Of a stretch of 64,000 nt of DNA, positions 24,901-33,942 are shown one piece after another. Location: the NCBI RefSeq assembly GCF_964188315.1, contig NC_135659.1, positions 50,220,001 through 50,284,000 of the forward strand. Reading direction: 5' to 3'. Below the pieces are notes generated by a model, which saw nothing but the letters and a program-made list of their open reading frames with translations, made no database searches and was not told the origin of the DNA. Positions within the stretch are counted from its first letter, which is position 1; each line of letters begins with the position of its first letter. This DNA comes from Podarcis muralis. Taxonomy: Eukaryota. The translations under genes and the position numbers were made by a program.

Positions 24901-25973
24901 CTTACTGACAATAAATTGTCCACTGACGGGCAGTAAATGCAGTTTGCTATTGTAATGTTTAAAGAGTCAAGTTTAACAGTACCTCTGCCAAGCGACTGCA
25001 AGACTTGTGAATTGGCTAAATGTACATTACCAATTTCCTCTTCGAAAGAAATAAACAAGCTTCGATCATTGCAGATGTGCTGAGATGCTCCAGAGTCTAT
25101 AATAAAAGACTTCCACTTGGCATCTTTAATTCTTTTACGATTTGTAGTCCAAGCATGAAAAGCTCGCGGCTCGTTTCTGTCTTTACTATACGATGTCTGC
25201 TGCTGGGCTGACAACCGTGACTGACGAACAGAAACAGACTTGGGAGTACTTTGCTTTCTTTTGGCTCTGCAGTCCTTTGCAAAATGTCCTTGCTTATTGC
25301 AGAACCAACAACGCTTTGCAGCTTTAAATGCAGTTGTATCACCACAGGTTTGCATATGGCGTTCCTCATTCTTTCTGGAAATAGGAGTGCTTATGGCACA
25401 AGCCTCCCTTCTATCCAACTCGCCCATTAATCTTGCCGTTACCCCTTCCACAGTTAATTGTGCTGGTGGAACAGCAGATATCTGGCTAGCTATACCATCA
25501 AAGTCCTCATTAAGGGAACAAAGGATGATAAAAACATACTGAATATCAGGTATCACCATGTCCCTTCGAATTAATTCGCCGCGTATTGCCTCCAGACGTC
25601 TCAAGTGTGCTGCCAAATCACCACCAGGCTGCAACTTCGTCTGGTACAACTGCTTGAAAAACGACAATGCAGATGCTGACTCTTTTCTAACATGCACTGC
25701 TGCAAGACTGTCCCACATTTCTTTGGCAGTTTTCTTATTTCTTATATAGACTACTTGCTGGTCGCTGACTGCCAAATTAATTATCGCCCTGGCTTTTGCA
25801 TCTCCTTTCGACCAAGCATTAGTTACAGGGTCAGGAGGGTCATCAGTTACATAGGTCCATACTTCTCTAGAGGTCAAAAGCGCCTCCACCCGAAAAGACC
25901 ATAAACTATAGTTCTCATCTGTTAGCTGTGGGAAGACCAGAGCCTTCTCAGCTTCAGGAACCCGGTCAACCAT
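21909..25973 (-). CDS. Copia Gag-Pol polyprotein, 1354 aa from first ATG
   Basis: Gag with CCHC knuckle CWFCNKQGHFAKDC; protease FIIDSGAS; integrase HEAHRILGH...CLSC, HCDLVGP, SDRGGEF, NGLVE; RT YVDD; RNase H FCDAS, ESE, DSQS, ADIFTK. No stop or frameshift. The ORF track starts at an upstream TTG (25997). Confidence 0.96.
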   Translation of the reverse strand: MVDRVPEAEKALVFPQLTDENYSLWSFRVEALLTSREVWTYVTDDPPDPVTNAWSKGDAKARAIINLAVSDQQVVYIRNKKTAKEMWDSLAAVHVRKESASALSFFKQLYQTKLQPGGDLAAHLRRLEAIRGELIRRDMVIPDIQYVFIILCSLNEDFDGIASQISAVPPAQLTVEGVTARLMGELDRREACAISTPISRKNEERHMQTCGDTTAFKAAKRCWFCNKQGHFAKDCRAKRKQSTPKSVSVRQSRLSAQQQTSYSKDRNEPRAFHAWTTNRKRIKDAKWKSFIIDSGASQHICNDRSLFISFEEEIGNVHLANSQVLQSLGRGTVKLDSLNITIANCIYCPSVDNLLSVRCFARQGITVRFLKSMCEFFDGNKRLLYARDSDGLYRLYFRTYSQSPINCRAAQSSQGLRNVRPHSGCVHEAHRILGHLNFADVIKTKNIVNGLNLKPCKFFMQCLSCCKNKIKVARKGRCSDRKVTEPFERVHCDLVGPLPPSLGGSKYWLTLIDQYSRYCWTYAIAEKSQAFEKYKVFCNWVKTHFNKPIKNLFSDRGGEFVSEDFEKFLEAQGTTHELSCPRSPWQNGLVEVVQRDLQAGVKTYLHDANLPKDFWAEALNAFCYVRNRSYHTGLDVTPYEKLFKKRPNLKYLRIWGSDVIMHYPTKQKLGERSVQGKLMGYQQGAYRIYIPATGKFHITRSMIQTVNWNGVAVFQDTDGIDNTEEEEEETAEEAAGNSASELMGKDKKPVESDKLFDDLKSQAPEGRLDSLDFSDRELSLQAPLQSDNDLQPETSGLLSPIKSEKSDSPSGLRRSDRKRQKPQRFADEHFNTVYANKAVFEPKSYNDVQKLPKQQAANWYKAMNSEIASLKEHNTWSLVPQTPDMRLIDSKWVYRVKTNDKNEVVRYKARLVARGFQQIPGEDYDLCYSPSVKYETVKLLLKDASQRGHSVYHLDIKTAYLFADLKEQIFMRVPEGIDAAEGLVCKLNKSLYGLHQSGRNWHQTLAKELLDIGFSQGKADNCVFIKERANSVTKICVYVDDVLISTKTKQEYEQVVSQLQKKFDVVELGIAKNYLSMQIEKGKNGSFLVHQTAKIDDLVEMLCLENANGKETPMVCGFTFTGEDKPFPNKTLYRSAIGKLNFIQRISRPDITYAFHFLAKFVEKPTTQCFSALKRVVMYLKHTKHYRLQFTTCIDKGFEIFCDASHAMEQNNCRGVSGMVFCYNGCPFEWKSQTQTIICLSTTESELCACVQATRDVEWYLQVFADLQMQVTLPVKVYLDSQSGLAILCSETNTQRTRVLRLRLEFVKQLIADEMVVFEYVPGDSQIADIFTKALPKVTHEKHVQSMLSVFVPQ

Positions 25974-26072
25974 TCTGGAACTCTTCCAGACCCACAAAAA
26001 ATTACACTAACAGGAGAAGGAGTTTTCAAACCTTTCTCAGAGTCCAAAAATATGCAGTCATCCACTCAGCAG

Positions 26073-26086
26073 CTGGGCCCATAACC
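26073..26086 (-). other. Copia primer-binding site (GGTTATGGGCCCAG)
   Basis: Begins after a 5-nt spacer following the 5' LTR; matches the Drosophila copia-type PBS, which is complementary to an internal part of initiator tRNA-Met. Confidence 0.85.
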
Positions 26087-26091
26087 AAAGA

Positions 26092-26476
26092 TGTTGGCTA
26101 TTTGCAGTATGGTAGCGCTGCAGATAGCTTGCTGGGGAGATCATGCATTAAAAATGAAAAGGACTCAAAAATAACTTAAACAAGGTTTTAATAAGAAAAA
26201 CAAAAACTCCATTTACACTAAATACATTAACAACCAAACCAGACCCAACCACCAACCCAAACCCCAGGGTAATGGGAGAGCTAGGTGCTGCTCCTTATAT
26301 ACTAAACCCAAATGCTGACACACCTTAATCAAATACAACTCAGCAGCACCTGCTATGTTTCACAGCTTTAAAGTTGGGTCTCGTTATCTTGCTCTGGCCC
26401 TTGCTCTGGCCCCTTAAAGACATACACATCGAGTGGAACAATGATGAACCTTTACATTTAAAGAAACCATTCAACA
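26092..26476 (-). repeat. Copia 5' LTR (385 bp)
   Basis: Minus-strand TATATAA at 26295-26301 and ATTAAA at 26187-26192; 12-bp tandem duplication CTTGCTCTGGCC near 26388-26411. Confidence 0.95.
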
Positions 26477-28024
26477 AATATATCTCCGGAGCCGCGATCT
26501 GACAGCAGGCGGGAAAGTGACGTCGGGGCAGTGCGTGACTAACGCATGCACCGCCCCCATGCGACGTCACAGCCAGTACAGCACCCGCCACAGTGGGGAG
26601 TGTCGGGGCGCACAATGCGCCTCCTCCCCTTGCTAGTATCCGCCCCGGAGCCACGGCAAAGGTGTAAAAGAGCCACACGCAGCTCCGGAGCCACAGGTTG
26701 CAGACCCCTGCGCTATTGGAACACTAATTATCCAAAATCTCAGTTATCAGAACCCAAAGAACTATACCAAAACCTTGTTATATAAACAGCTAATTCAGAT
26801 ATCCAAAAAGCCATTGTTTGTCACTTCCCTACCTATTTCATTGGACAAATTGGAGCAGGAGAAATCAGACATATCATTTTTTCTTTTTCTTTTTTTCTTT
26901 TGCTGGCTGGCTACAGCAGTTTGGGGCAAAAACCAGGGAGGGAGTTTGGACAAATCACAGATTAGAAACGTTCCCGTAGGAAATAATAAATAAGCTTGTT
27001 ATGCAAATGCTCGCCTAACAATTTCCTGGGAATGCACTGTGTTGGAAAGCATGACTTGTGTGTACTTTTATCACAGTCTAACCATCCTTAACTAGAAGTC
27101 CCATTTATGTAGTACTAAATATGGGGAGCTTCCAGACTGGCTGTTTACTGAACATCCATCCCAAAACATTTGCACAGAGGTTGAACACTTACTACCAGCT
27201 AGTGGTTGCTATTGCAGGCTTCCACGTTAGCAGCCCACTGATCAGGATTTAGCAGAAAGCAAGTTCCATTAAAACAAGAGATTTACTGCCATTTATCAAC
27301 TGTAGTATTAATTAAATAGCATAATTGTCTATGGCTAGTAATAATTCACCCACAGCAGTTTTAAAAAATTGTGAAAGGGGAAAATATTTTACTCACTAAG
27401 AATTAGCCTATATAGAGAAACAGCAGCATACAACTTCTAGCTTAAAAAGCAGTGGGTGGGTGGCAGCTGAACAGCCTGTGGAAAAAGCAATGCAGTTAGT
27501 ACACCTTCTAGCTGAGCTCCTAGAAGTATTTAAAACCACAAAAATTTGATGGCTATTGAAGTTTCTCAGTGAAACTGGACATTTGAGGTGTTCTTTCAAT
27601 ATTCAGTGTGTATCAGAACATTCCACATTATCAAGAAGTCTCCACAAGTCTTATCTCTGGTATAACATTCAAAGAAGTAATTTTCTTGTACAGGGAGAGA
27701 GATGTGCTCCACAGCAGTGGCTCAGCCACCTAACCATGGAAGAAGATGCCCTAACTCATCTTTGCGCATTAGAGCAGAAACATTACACACCTCTACTAAA
27801 TTGTAACTAGCAAATTCATATTAGGTCTTCAGTATCCACCCTTCCATGGAGCTTGTTCTTCTTTCAGTCCATAAATTCAGCCATAAGTTCATAAGCAAAG
27901 ACAACCAACTTTTGCTCAGCCCCTCACAATAGTCTTCAGAGGGGAAAACATGTAAAACAGAATATGAAAATGGTTAAGGAGAGAGGTCCCCTCTCACTGG
28001 ACAGGCCAATGCATTTTTGGTTGT

Positions 28025-28735
28025 TTATTTCAATACTTTCGTTTCACTTGCATCACGACTTAGTCGTTTCTCTGGATACATGTTTGCAAGACATAGTGTG
28101 GTAATCAGAGAAACTGTGGCTACTATAGTCAGGACTGCCCTCATGGCTTTAAACCATCTGGGATAGGTGGGAAGAAGACTAAGATCATAATGCAAGGCTA
28201 TCCCTAACCCTATTATAAGCATGAGTCCAGCTTGAGTGAGGTCATCTTTGAAAAGCAAAGTAAACCAGGCAAGTAGTGAAGGAACAACACTGTTGGCCAG
28301 ATTAATCCAATCAGGACTGGCAGGACTGCCTTCTGGCAAAGCAAATCCCCATCTGATCCCTCCTAGGAAAGATAGTATAGATGCACCATATGCAATCTGA
28401 GCAAACACCAACTCTGGGTAGGAGACCTTCTGGATAGCCATTAACAATGGCACTGAAACAAAGGGAATTAATCCTGCAATGCCCAAATACAGAGCAGGCT
28501 TTGGAGAGTCCTTGAGGGAGGGCATGTCATATCGCAACAAATCCAGCTGTCGCGGCTCAGGTTCCGGAGGTTGTTTCTTCTTCCAGCTGCAGCAGGAAGA
28601 ATGGAAACCCTGTGCCTTGGTTATGCTGGCAGATGCCTGCCTAAGCAGCTGTGATTTTGGCAGCACAGCCAAAGGGGCGGGAGAGCCAACTGCCTTACTC
28701 CTTCCAGGTTGCAGAAGTCTTTGAAGATACATCAT
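28025..28735 (-). CDS. TMEM69: TMEM69 last coding exon
   Basis: DSPKPALYLGIAGLIPFV...YGASILSFLGGIRWGFALPEGSP...PTYPRWFKAMR matches TMEM69. Acceptor ttgcAG at 28737-28736, phase 0; stop TAA at 28027-28025. Confidence 0.93.
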   Translation of the reverse strand: MMYLQRLLQPGRSKAVGSPAPLAVLPKSQLLRQASASITKAQGFHSSCCSWKKKQPPEPEPRQLDLLRYDMPSLKDSPKPALYLGIAGLIPFVSVPLLMAIQKVSYPELVFAQIAYGASILSFLGGIRWGFALPEGSPASPDWINLANSVVPSLLAWFTLLFKDDLTQAGLMLIIGLGIALHYDLSLLPTYPRWFKAMRAVLTIVATVSLITTLCLANMYPEKRLSRDASETKVLK

Positions 28736-29363
28736 CTGCAATTACAAATGCAAAAACACTTCACATCACTCAGCCTTCTGGTAGCTTAAAGAACCAACTG
28801 CAATACTTCATACTTTTCAGAAGGATGCTTCATGCATCTAATAAAGTGGACCATAGTCCATAAATGCTTATATCATTAAAATGTATTAGTCTTTAAGGTG
28901 CCATTTTCATTGTTTTTGCTTCAGTTCTTAATTGGGGCCTCTGCCACAGCTACGTGTTAGCAATGAACAGTGATTTATATTTCCATTTTTTATGAATTTG
29001 TCCAAAGGAGTAGGGTTCCCCACCACCACATGCATATTGGGAGGGATTCAACTAAGTTTTACTCAGAACAGATCCATTTAAAGTAATTGACTTAATCATG
29101 TTCATTAGTTTCAGTGGGTCTACTCTAAGTAAAACTTAGCTGAACACTACCCATTATCTCTAGTTAAATCCCACCAACATATGAGAACTCGCCTAGGCAA
29201 GACTTGTATATTCTTTAAATTTTACACTTCTAAAAAGCTGCAAAGTAACATTTCCACAGACATATATTAAGGTAGCCTTCTTTCACTTCAGTGAGCAATG
29301 AGTGTTTCAATATATAGACAGGTCTTAAAAGCAAATGAAGATGCAACTGTTTGAGACATTTAC

Positions 29364-29408
29364 CTTGGAAGGAACTTGGAAACAACATCGCTGTAGAAGG
29401 TGAAACAT
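29364..29408 (-). CDS. TMEM69: TMEM69 first coding exon (MFHLLQRCCFQVPSK)
   Basis: Acceptor ctttcAG at 29421-29420, ATG at 29408, donor AAG|GTAAAT at 29363. Parallels the remembered short human exon MLRFIQKFSQASSK. Not in the ORF track. Confidence 0.8.
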
Positions 29409-29481
29409 TTTCAGAGATTCTGAAAGATAGGGATGGTTAGCAAAATATGCTCTTGCATTACTTCACCTGGAGTATAATAAA

Positions 29482-29556
29482 AAGGTAAAGGTACCCCTGC
29501 CCGTACGGGCCAGTCGTGACCGACTCTGGGGTTGCGTGCTCATCTCGCTTAAGAGG
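29482..29556 (-). mobile_element. Sauria SINE 3' fragment, abutting a LINE-tail-like repeat (about 29557-29760)
   Basis: aaggtaaaggtacccctgcccgtacgggccagtc...ctctggggttgcg. Confidence 0.75.
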
Positions 29557-30599
29557 CCGGGAGCCATAATACATAATAATAAATTTTATTTATACCCTGC
29601 CCTCCCGGGCTCAGGGTGGCTAACACCAATAAAATCACAGTAAAAACATAATAGGGGGAAGGGGGGGGAGGAAAAGGGGGGAAAACCAATTTAAAATACA
29701 GTTTAAAATGCAATTTAAAATGTAGCCTCATTTTAAAGTAGCTGATACATGGATAAGGGTGCAATCCACCACATTGTTGTGGCATGCTATGCTGATTCAA
29801 TTTTTATCCAGCACTAGAACTGGTGGATTAAATTCAGAATATCCCAGAGACATTTGGGAGGTCAAGTCCCAGACAGTCCAGCAGTCAAAGCTGCTGTTTG
29901 AGGTGTGAACATATGAAATCATTTCCAGCCATACCAAGCGAGTAATGGGAACCACATGGTACTGTGGGCTTGCAAGCCCTGAGGCAGTTGCCCTATCTTT
30001 GCTCCCCAGTTATGTTTGGGATTTGCTGGACCTTGGTTGTGTATGTTGGTGGGTGATGTCAGCAACAGTGGATAGCGCCACAGACCTATTAAAACAAGAT
30101 TAAAGTGGCACAGAAGCTAACACAAGCTTGTATCCAGTGTAGTGCTGAGTGACCATCCCATCAGTGTGAATGGAAATCTCTCCCCCTTTCCTTCCCCTGC
30201 ATCTGCCTCAACCTTGCCCAAATCTGCCCTGAAGGGTTTGGGAAACCCCAGAACAAATGAAGGGGCATGCAGGGGGAATCCCATTGTACAAGGAGGAATC
30301 TTGCGCTGATGTGCTGCTTGCTTAGTGCTGCACTGGATATAAGTCAGACAAGCAATGACATTCAAAACAAAACAGATAATATACGATATAGTTGCACGTG
30401 CCCATTTCCCTCCCACCCAAGTTGCTCCAAGGTAAAGGCAATGCCGGAGGCAATACAAAGTTATTGCAACCTCCCATTAGTTAATACAACCCTGTAAAGA
30501 GAAGGCTCAGATTTTAAACACGTGTAACAAAGCCAAGTTTCTTAAAAGCCATTGTAGAATTTTAAGCCTGTGAACAAATCACTCTCCCTCCTTTCTCGA

Positions 30600-31200
30600 A
30601 GCATCCGGCCCCGCCAATACTTTGCTTTTCCGCGAGTTTCTCCCACGTCCCGCGCCTGTCGCAAACCCATAGAGCCTCACCCTTTAGTAGCAGGGGGAAA
30701 TCGAGGGCGTTGCAAGGGGTCTCCCGGTGGGCACTTTGGGCTGTAGTATCAACCTAGTTGCTCATTAACTTTCACCTCTAAGCGGCAGACACAGTAAACG
30801 CGACTCGCAGCCTTTGTAGATTCTTACAGAAAGCTTTCCCACAATCCAAAGCCTTTGGATTTGTTTCGTTTCGTTACAAAAACGTGCTTGGTAAAATTGT
30901 CCCGGGTGCGGAAACTGACTCTGCCTTCCCAGCGCAATTCGCGTTTTCCTAGCTTTGCTCCAAAATCAGCCACTCTTCACATCAACCTAAACTCAATCCA
31001 CACTCCGCCTGGGGAAGGGGCGTTTCCTGTCCCCTGCTTTAATTCCGCCGGGTGCGCGTGCGTCGCGCTTAGTCTCTCGGCTTGGAACAGAGGCGAAACT
31101 GCCGCCCTTGCGTACTAAAAGAAACAACGCACGAGCGGATCCTCCTCCTCGCGTTTAATGGCGTTGCAAGGCCAAAATGAAAGGCCCTATTGCCGCCATC
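30600..31200 (-). promoter_or_regulatory. TMEM69: Small CpG-rich region, candidate TMEM69 promoter and exon 1
   Basis: CpG-enriched, about 1.2 kb upstream of the ATG exon; candidate minus-strand donor GTGAG at 30680-30676. Confidence 0.5.
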
Positions 31201-31267
31201 TACAGGCAACAACATTATTGCACTTTCCTACACTTTCCCATAAATCCTCGTACAGTACTAGCTAGAT

Positions 31268-31590
31268 CAGGGGTCAGCAAACTTTTTCAGCAGGGGGCCG
31301 GTCCACTGTCCCTCAGACCTTGTGGAGGGCCGGACTATATTTTGGGGGAAAATATATGACTGAATTCCTATGCCCCACAAATAACCCAGAGATGCATTTT
31401 AAATAAAAGCACACATTCTACTCATGTAAAAACACCAGGCAGACCCCAAAAATTACCCAGAGATGCATTTTAAATAAAAGGACACATTCTACTCATGTAA
31501 AAACACGCTGATTCCCGGATCGTCCGCAGGCCGGATTTAGAAGACGATTGGGCCGAATTCGGCCCTCCGGCCTTAGTTTGCCTACCCATG
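31268..31590. mobile_element. hAT MITE family A
   Basis: CAGGGGTCAGCAAACT...AGTTTGCCTACCCATG; perfect 8-bp TSD AGCTAGAT. Confidence 0.9.
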
Positions 31591-32223
31591 AGCTAGATCC
31601 CAACTCAACTTCTCCATAAGAAAAATAATCCACATCCAACTACATCTCTACAGTCCTCAAAATAGCCATCCTTTCACCAGAGTTCCCACAGTATAACCAT
31701 AACTACTCCCTCTAGCTTTCAAAGAAACATAAATAATCCCTACAAGGGCAAGTTCCATTTACACAAACTATACCAGACACCTGCACATTCCTGGCCATGA
31801 GCCAGTAAACTGAACATTCCAACTCCTTATCTCAAGGCCAAACTTGTTATGTCTTGGAGCACCTCAAAACCTGACAAGATGAAGATCCAGTCTTCCCTTC
31901 TTAATTTAACTGGCACCTCCATCTGCTCAAGGCATGTCTTCCCTGAGAATTGCAATGTACTTGGGCAGAACTCTGCAAACATTTTGGGAATGGAAAGTGG
32001 CAGATTGCTCCTATGTAGAAGTCTTTGGTGGCACTCCCTGACTCTGCTTAGGACTGGGCTCCAAATATTTGAGGTTAACATAAGGTTACAATATGTCCCC
32101 GTTTCTCAGGGACAGTCCCCGGATTTGAAGTTGAAAAGTGTCCCCAGATTCATTCAAAAAAATCTGTTAACCTTAGGTTAACGCAGAGAACAAATAGAAT
32201 TTAAGGACACATATAAAAGGTAG

Positions 32224-32583
32224 GGGACGCGGGTGGCGCTGTAGGTTAAACCACAGAGCCTAGGACTTGCCAATCAGAAGGTTGGCGGTTTGAATCCCCT
32301 CGACGGGGTGAGCTCCCATTGCTCGGTCCCTGCTCCTGCCAACCTAGCAGTTCGAAAGCACGTCAAAGTGCAAGTCGATAAATAGGGACCGCTCCGGTGG
32401 GAAGGTAAATGGCATTTCCGTGCGCTGCTCTGGTTCACCAGAAGCGGCTTAGTCATGCTGGCCACATGACCCGGAAGCTGTCTGCGGACAAATGCCGGCT
32501 CCCTTGGCCTATAGAGCGAGATGAGCGTGCAACCCCAGAGTCGGTCACGACTGGACCTAATGGTCAGGGGTCCCTTTACCTTT
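32224..32583 (+). mobile_element. Sauria SINE, full length
   Basis: GGGACGCGGGTGGCGCTG head, B-box-like ggtttgaatccc, ...GGGTCCCTTTACCTTTA tail; TSD tataaaag(g/a)tagg. Confidence 0.92.
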
Positions 32584-33586
32584 ATAAAAGATAGGTCTGA
32601 AAAATATTCCCAGGGAATCCTCCACTCAGTAGGTGGCAATCGCACAGTCTTTTCACAGCTGTAAGAACTGCAGCCTGTTACTCAAAGATAAATACTAATC
32701 TGATCTGCTTACACAGACATGAGTCTATGCATGCTCCAGTTACACCGAGGAGCTAAAAATTCTAAATATTCTTTAACTACTGTCTCCTATAAGTCAGAGC
32801 AGGTGGTCATTAAGCCAATGGGAAGGAAGGCATTCCAGAAGTTAACCCCAAGTGATGCTCAGGCATAGCTGGTGTTATTAAACTATAAATGGTGACCACA
32901 GTACCCTTGTGAGTTGAGGCTGATGATGGTAGGCTGTATGCCTGAGTCCCTTCCAATTTCTGGAAATGTTTGAGATAAGGGGACTAGAAATAGGCAGAAG
33001 GCTGAGTGCTTTAAAAAAAAATGTTTAGGGGTGCTCTCATTTGGACTCAATAAAATTACCATTCTATAGTTCAAATCGGGGAAAAATAAATACAGTAAAT
33101 GGACAAAAGTACAAAGTTTCACAAAATGTTTAGGGGTATATGTACCCCTTCGTTTCCTCCCCCAGAAAAAATGCACTGCCCACAGTACACAGCACACATG
33201 TGCACAGCATACACACTTATCCCCCACCCCCTGCAAATAGGCTATTAAAAAGACAGTCAGTGGTAATGAGGTGGCCTGACAGGGAGGTCCCAGAGCCTGC
33301 GAATAGGCTTGTGGTTCCCCAACCTTGGTCAAGGAGGTCAAATATTTACAGAACATACTCAAAGCCACAATAATAGAAGATCAGCTAAAATTTGTACCAC
33401 AGATTAGTTTCCCACTGACATCTGGTTAGCCAGTGTGGGAAAATATTGCTGGATTAGATTGGCCTTGAGTCTCAACCTGAACAGCTCTTCTTACGTACCT
33501 ACTTGATATTTTTACACACAAGTTGTTATGTATCAATTCATATACACTGTATATACCATAAATAAGATACAGTAGATATCAAAATG

Positions 33587-33942
33587 GACACGGGTGGCGC
33601 TGTGGGTAAAAGCCTCAGCGCCTAGGGCTTGCCGATCGAAAGGTCAGCGGTTCGAATCCCCGCGACAGGGTGCACTCCCGTTGCTCGGTCCCAGCGCCTG
33701 CCAACCTAGCAGTTCGAAAGCACCCCCGGGTGCAAGTAGATAAATAGGGACCGCTTTCTAGCGGGAAGGTAAACGCCGTTTCCGTGTGCGGCTCTGGCTT
33801 GCCAGAGCAGCGATGTCACGCTGGCCACGTGACCCGGAAGTGTCTCCGGACAGTGCTGGCCCCTGGCCTCTTGAGTGAGATGGGCGCACAACCCCAGAGT
33901 CTGTCAAGACTGGCCCGTATGGGCAGGGGTACCTTTACCTTT
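33587..33942 (+). mobile_element. Sauria SINE, full length (second subfamily type)
   Basis: Intact A/B boxes (gtggcgctgtgg, ggttcgaatccc); perfect 14-bp TSD TAGATATCAAAATG at 33573-33586 and 33943-33956. Confidence 0.93.

Larger units (their letters stand above)
21520..26476 (-). mobile_element. Full-length Ty1/Copia LTR retrotransposon
   Basis: TG...CA termini; LTRs at 21520-21892 and 26092-26476; 5-bp TSD AATAT (21515-21519, 26477-26481); PBS, PPT and a single gag-pol ORF in PR-IN-RT-RH order. Confidence 0.97.
21417..26710. mobile_element. hAT MITE family B, split by the Copia insertion (21417-21519 and 26477-26710)
   Basis: TIRs CAGGGGTCTGCAACC / GGTTGCAGACCCCTG; TSD CACTATTG / CGCTATTG; about 332 bp once the Copia and one TSD copy are removed; reverse-complement paralogue at 42680-43013. 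Confidence 0.9.

Noticed and set aside
25974-25997. ORF-track start of the Copia polyprotein at 25997
   Set aside because: That codon is TTG; the first ATG is at 25973.
22202-26179. Short ORFs in other frames or antisense within the Copia, as a possible env or accessory gene
   Set aside because: All are 100 aa or shorter with no motif, and only 16 nt separate the pol stop from the 3' LTR, leaving no room for env.
21520-26476. Possibility that the Copia is contaminant sequence
   Set aside because: It is flanked by an exact TSD inside a host MITE whose empty paralogue is in the same window. Long-read support should still be checked.
28736-28839. Upstream alternative acceptor for the TMEM69 last exon (tttattAG at 28839-28838)
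   Set aside because: Phase-0 joining gives ATG CAT GAA GCA TCC TTC TGA, an early stop. The acceptor at 28737-28736 keeps the frame open.
33587-33670. tRNA-like A and B boxes (also at 9930-10001 and 32224-32310)
   Set aside because: These are Sauria SINE heads; no complete cloverleaf.
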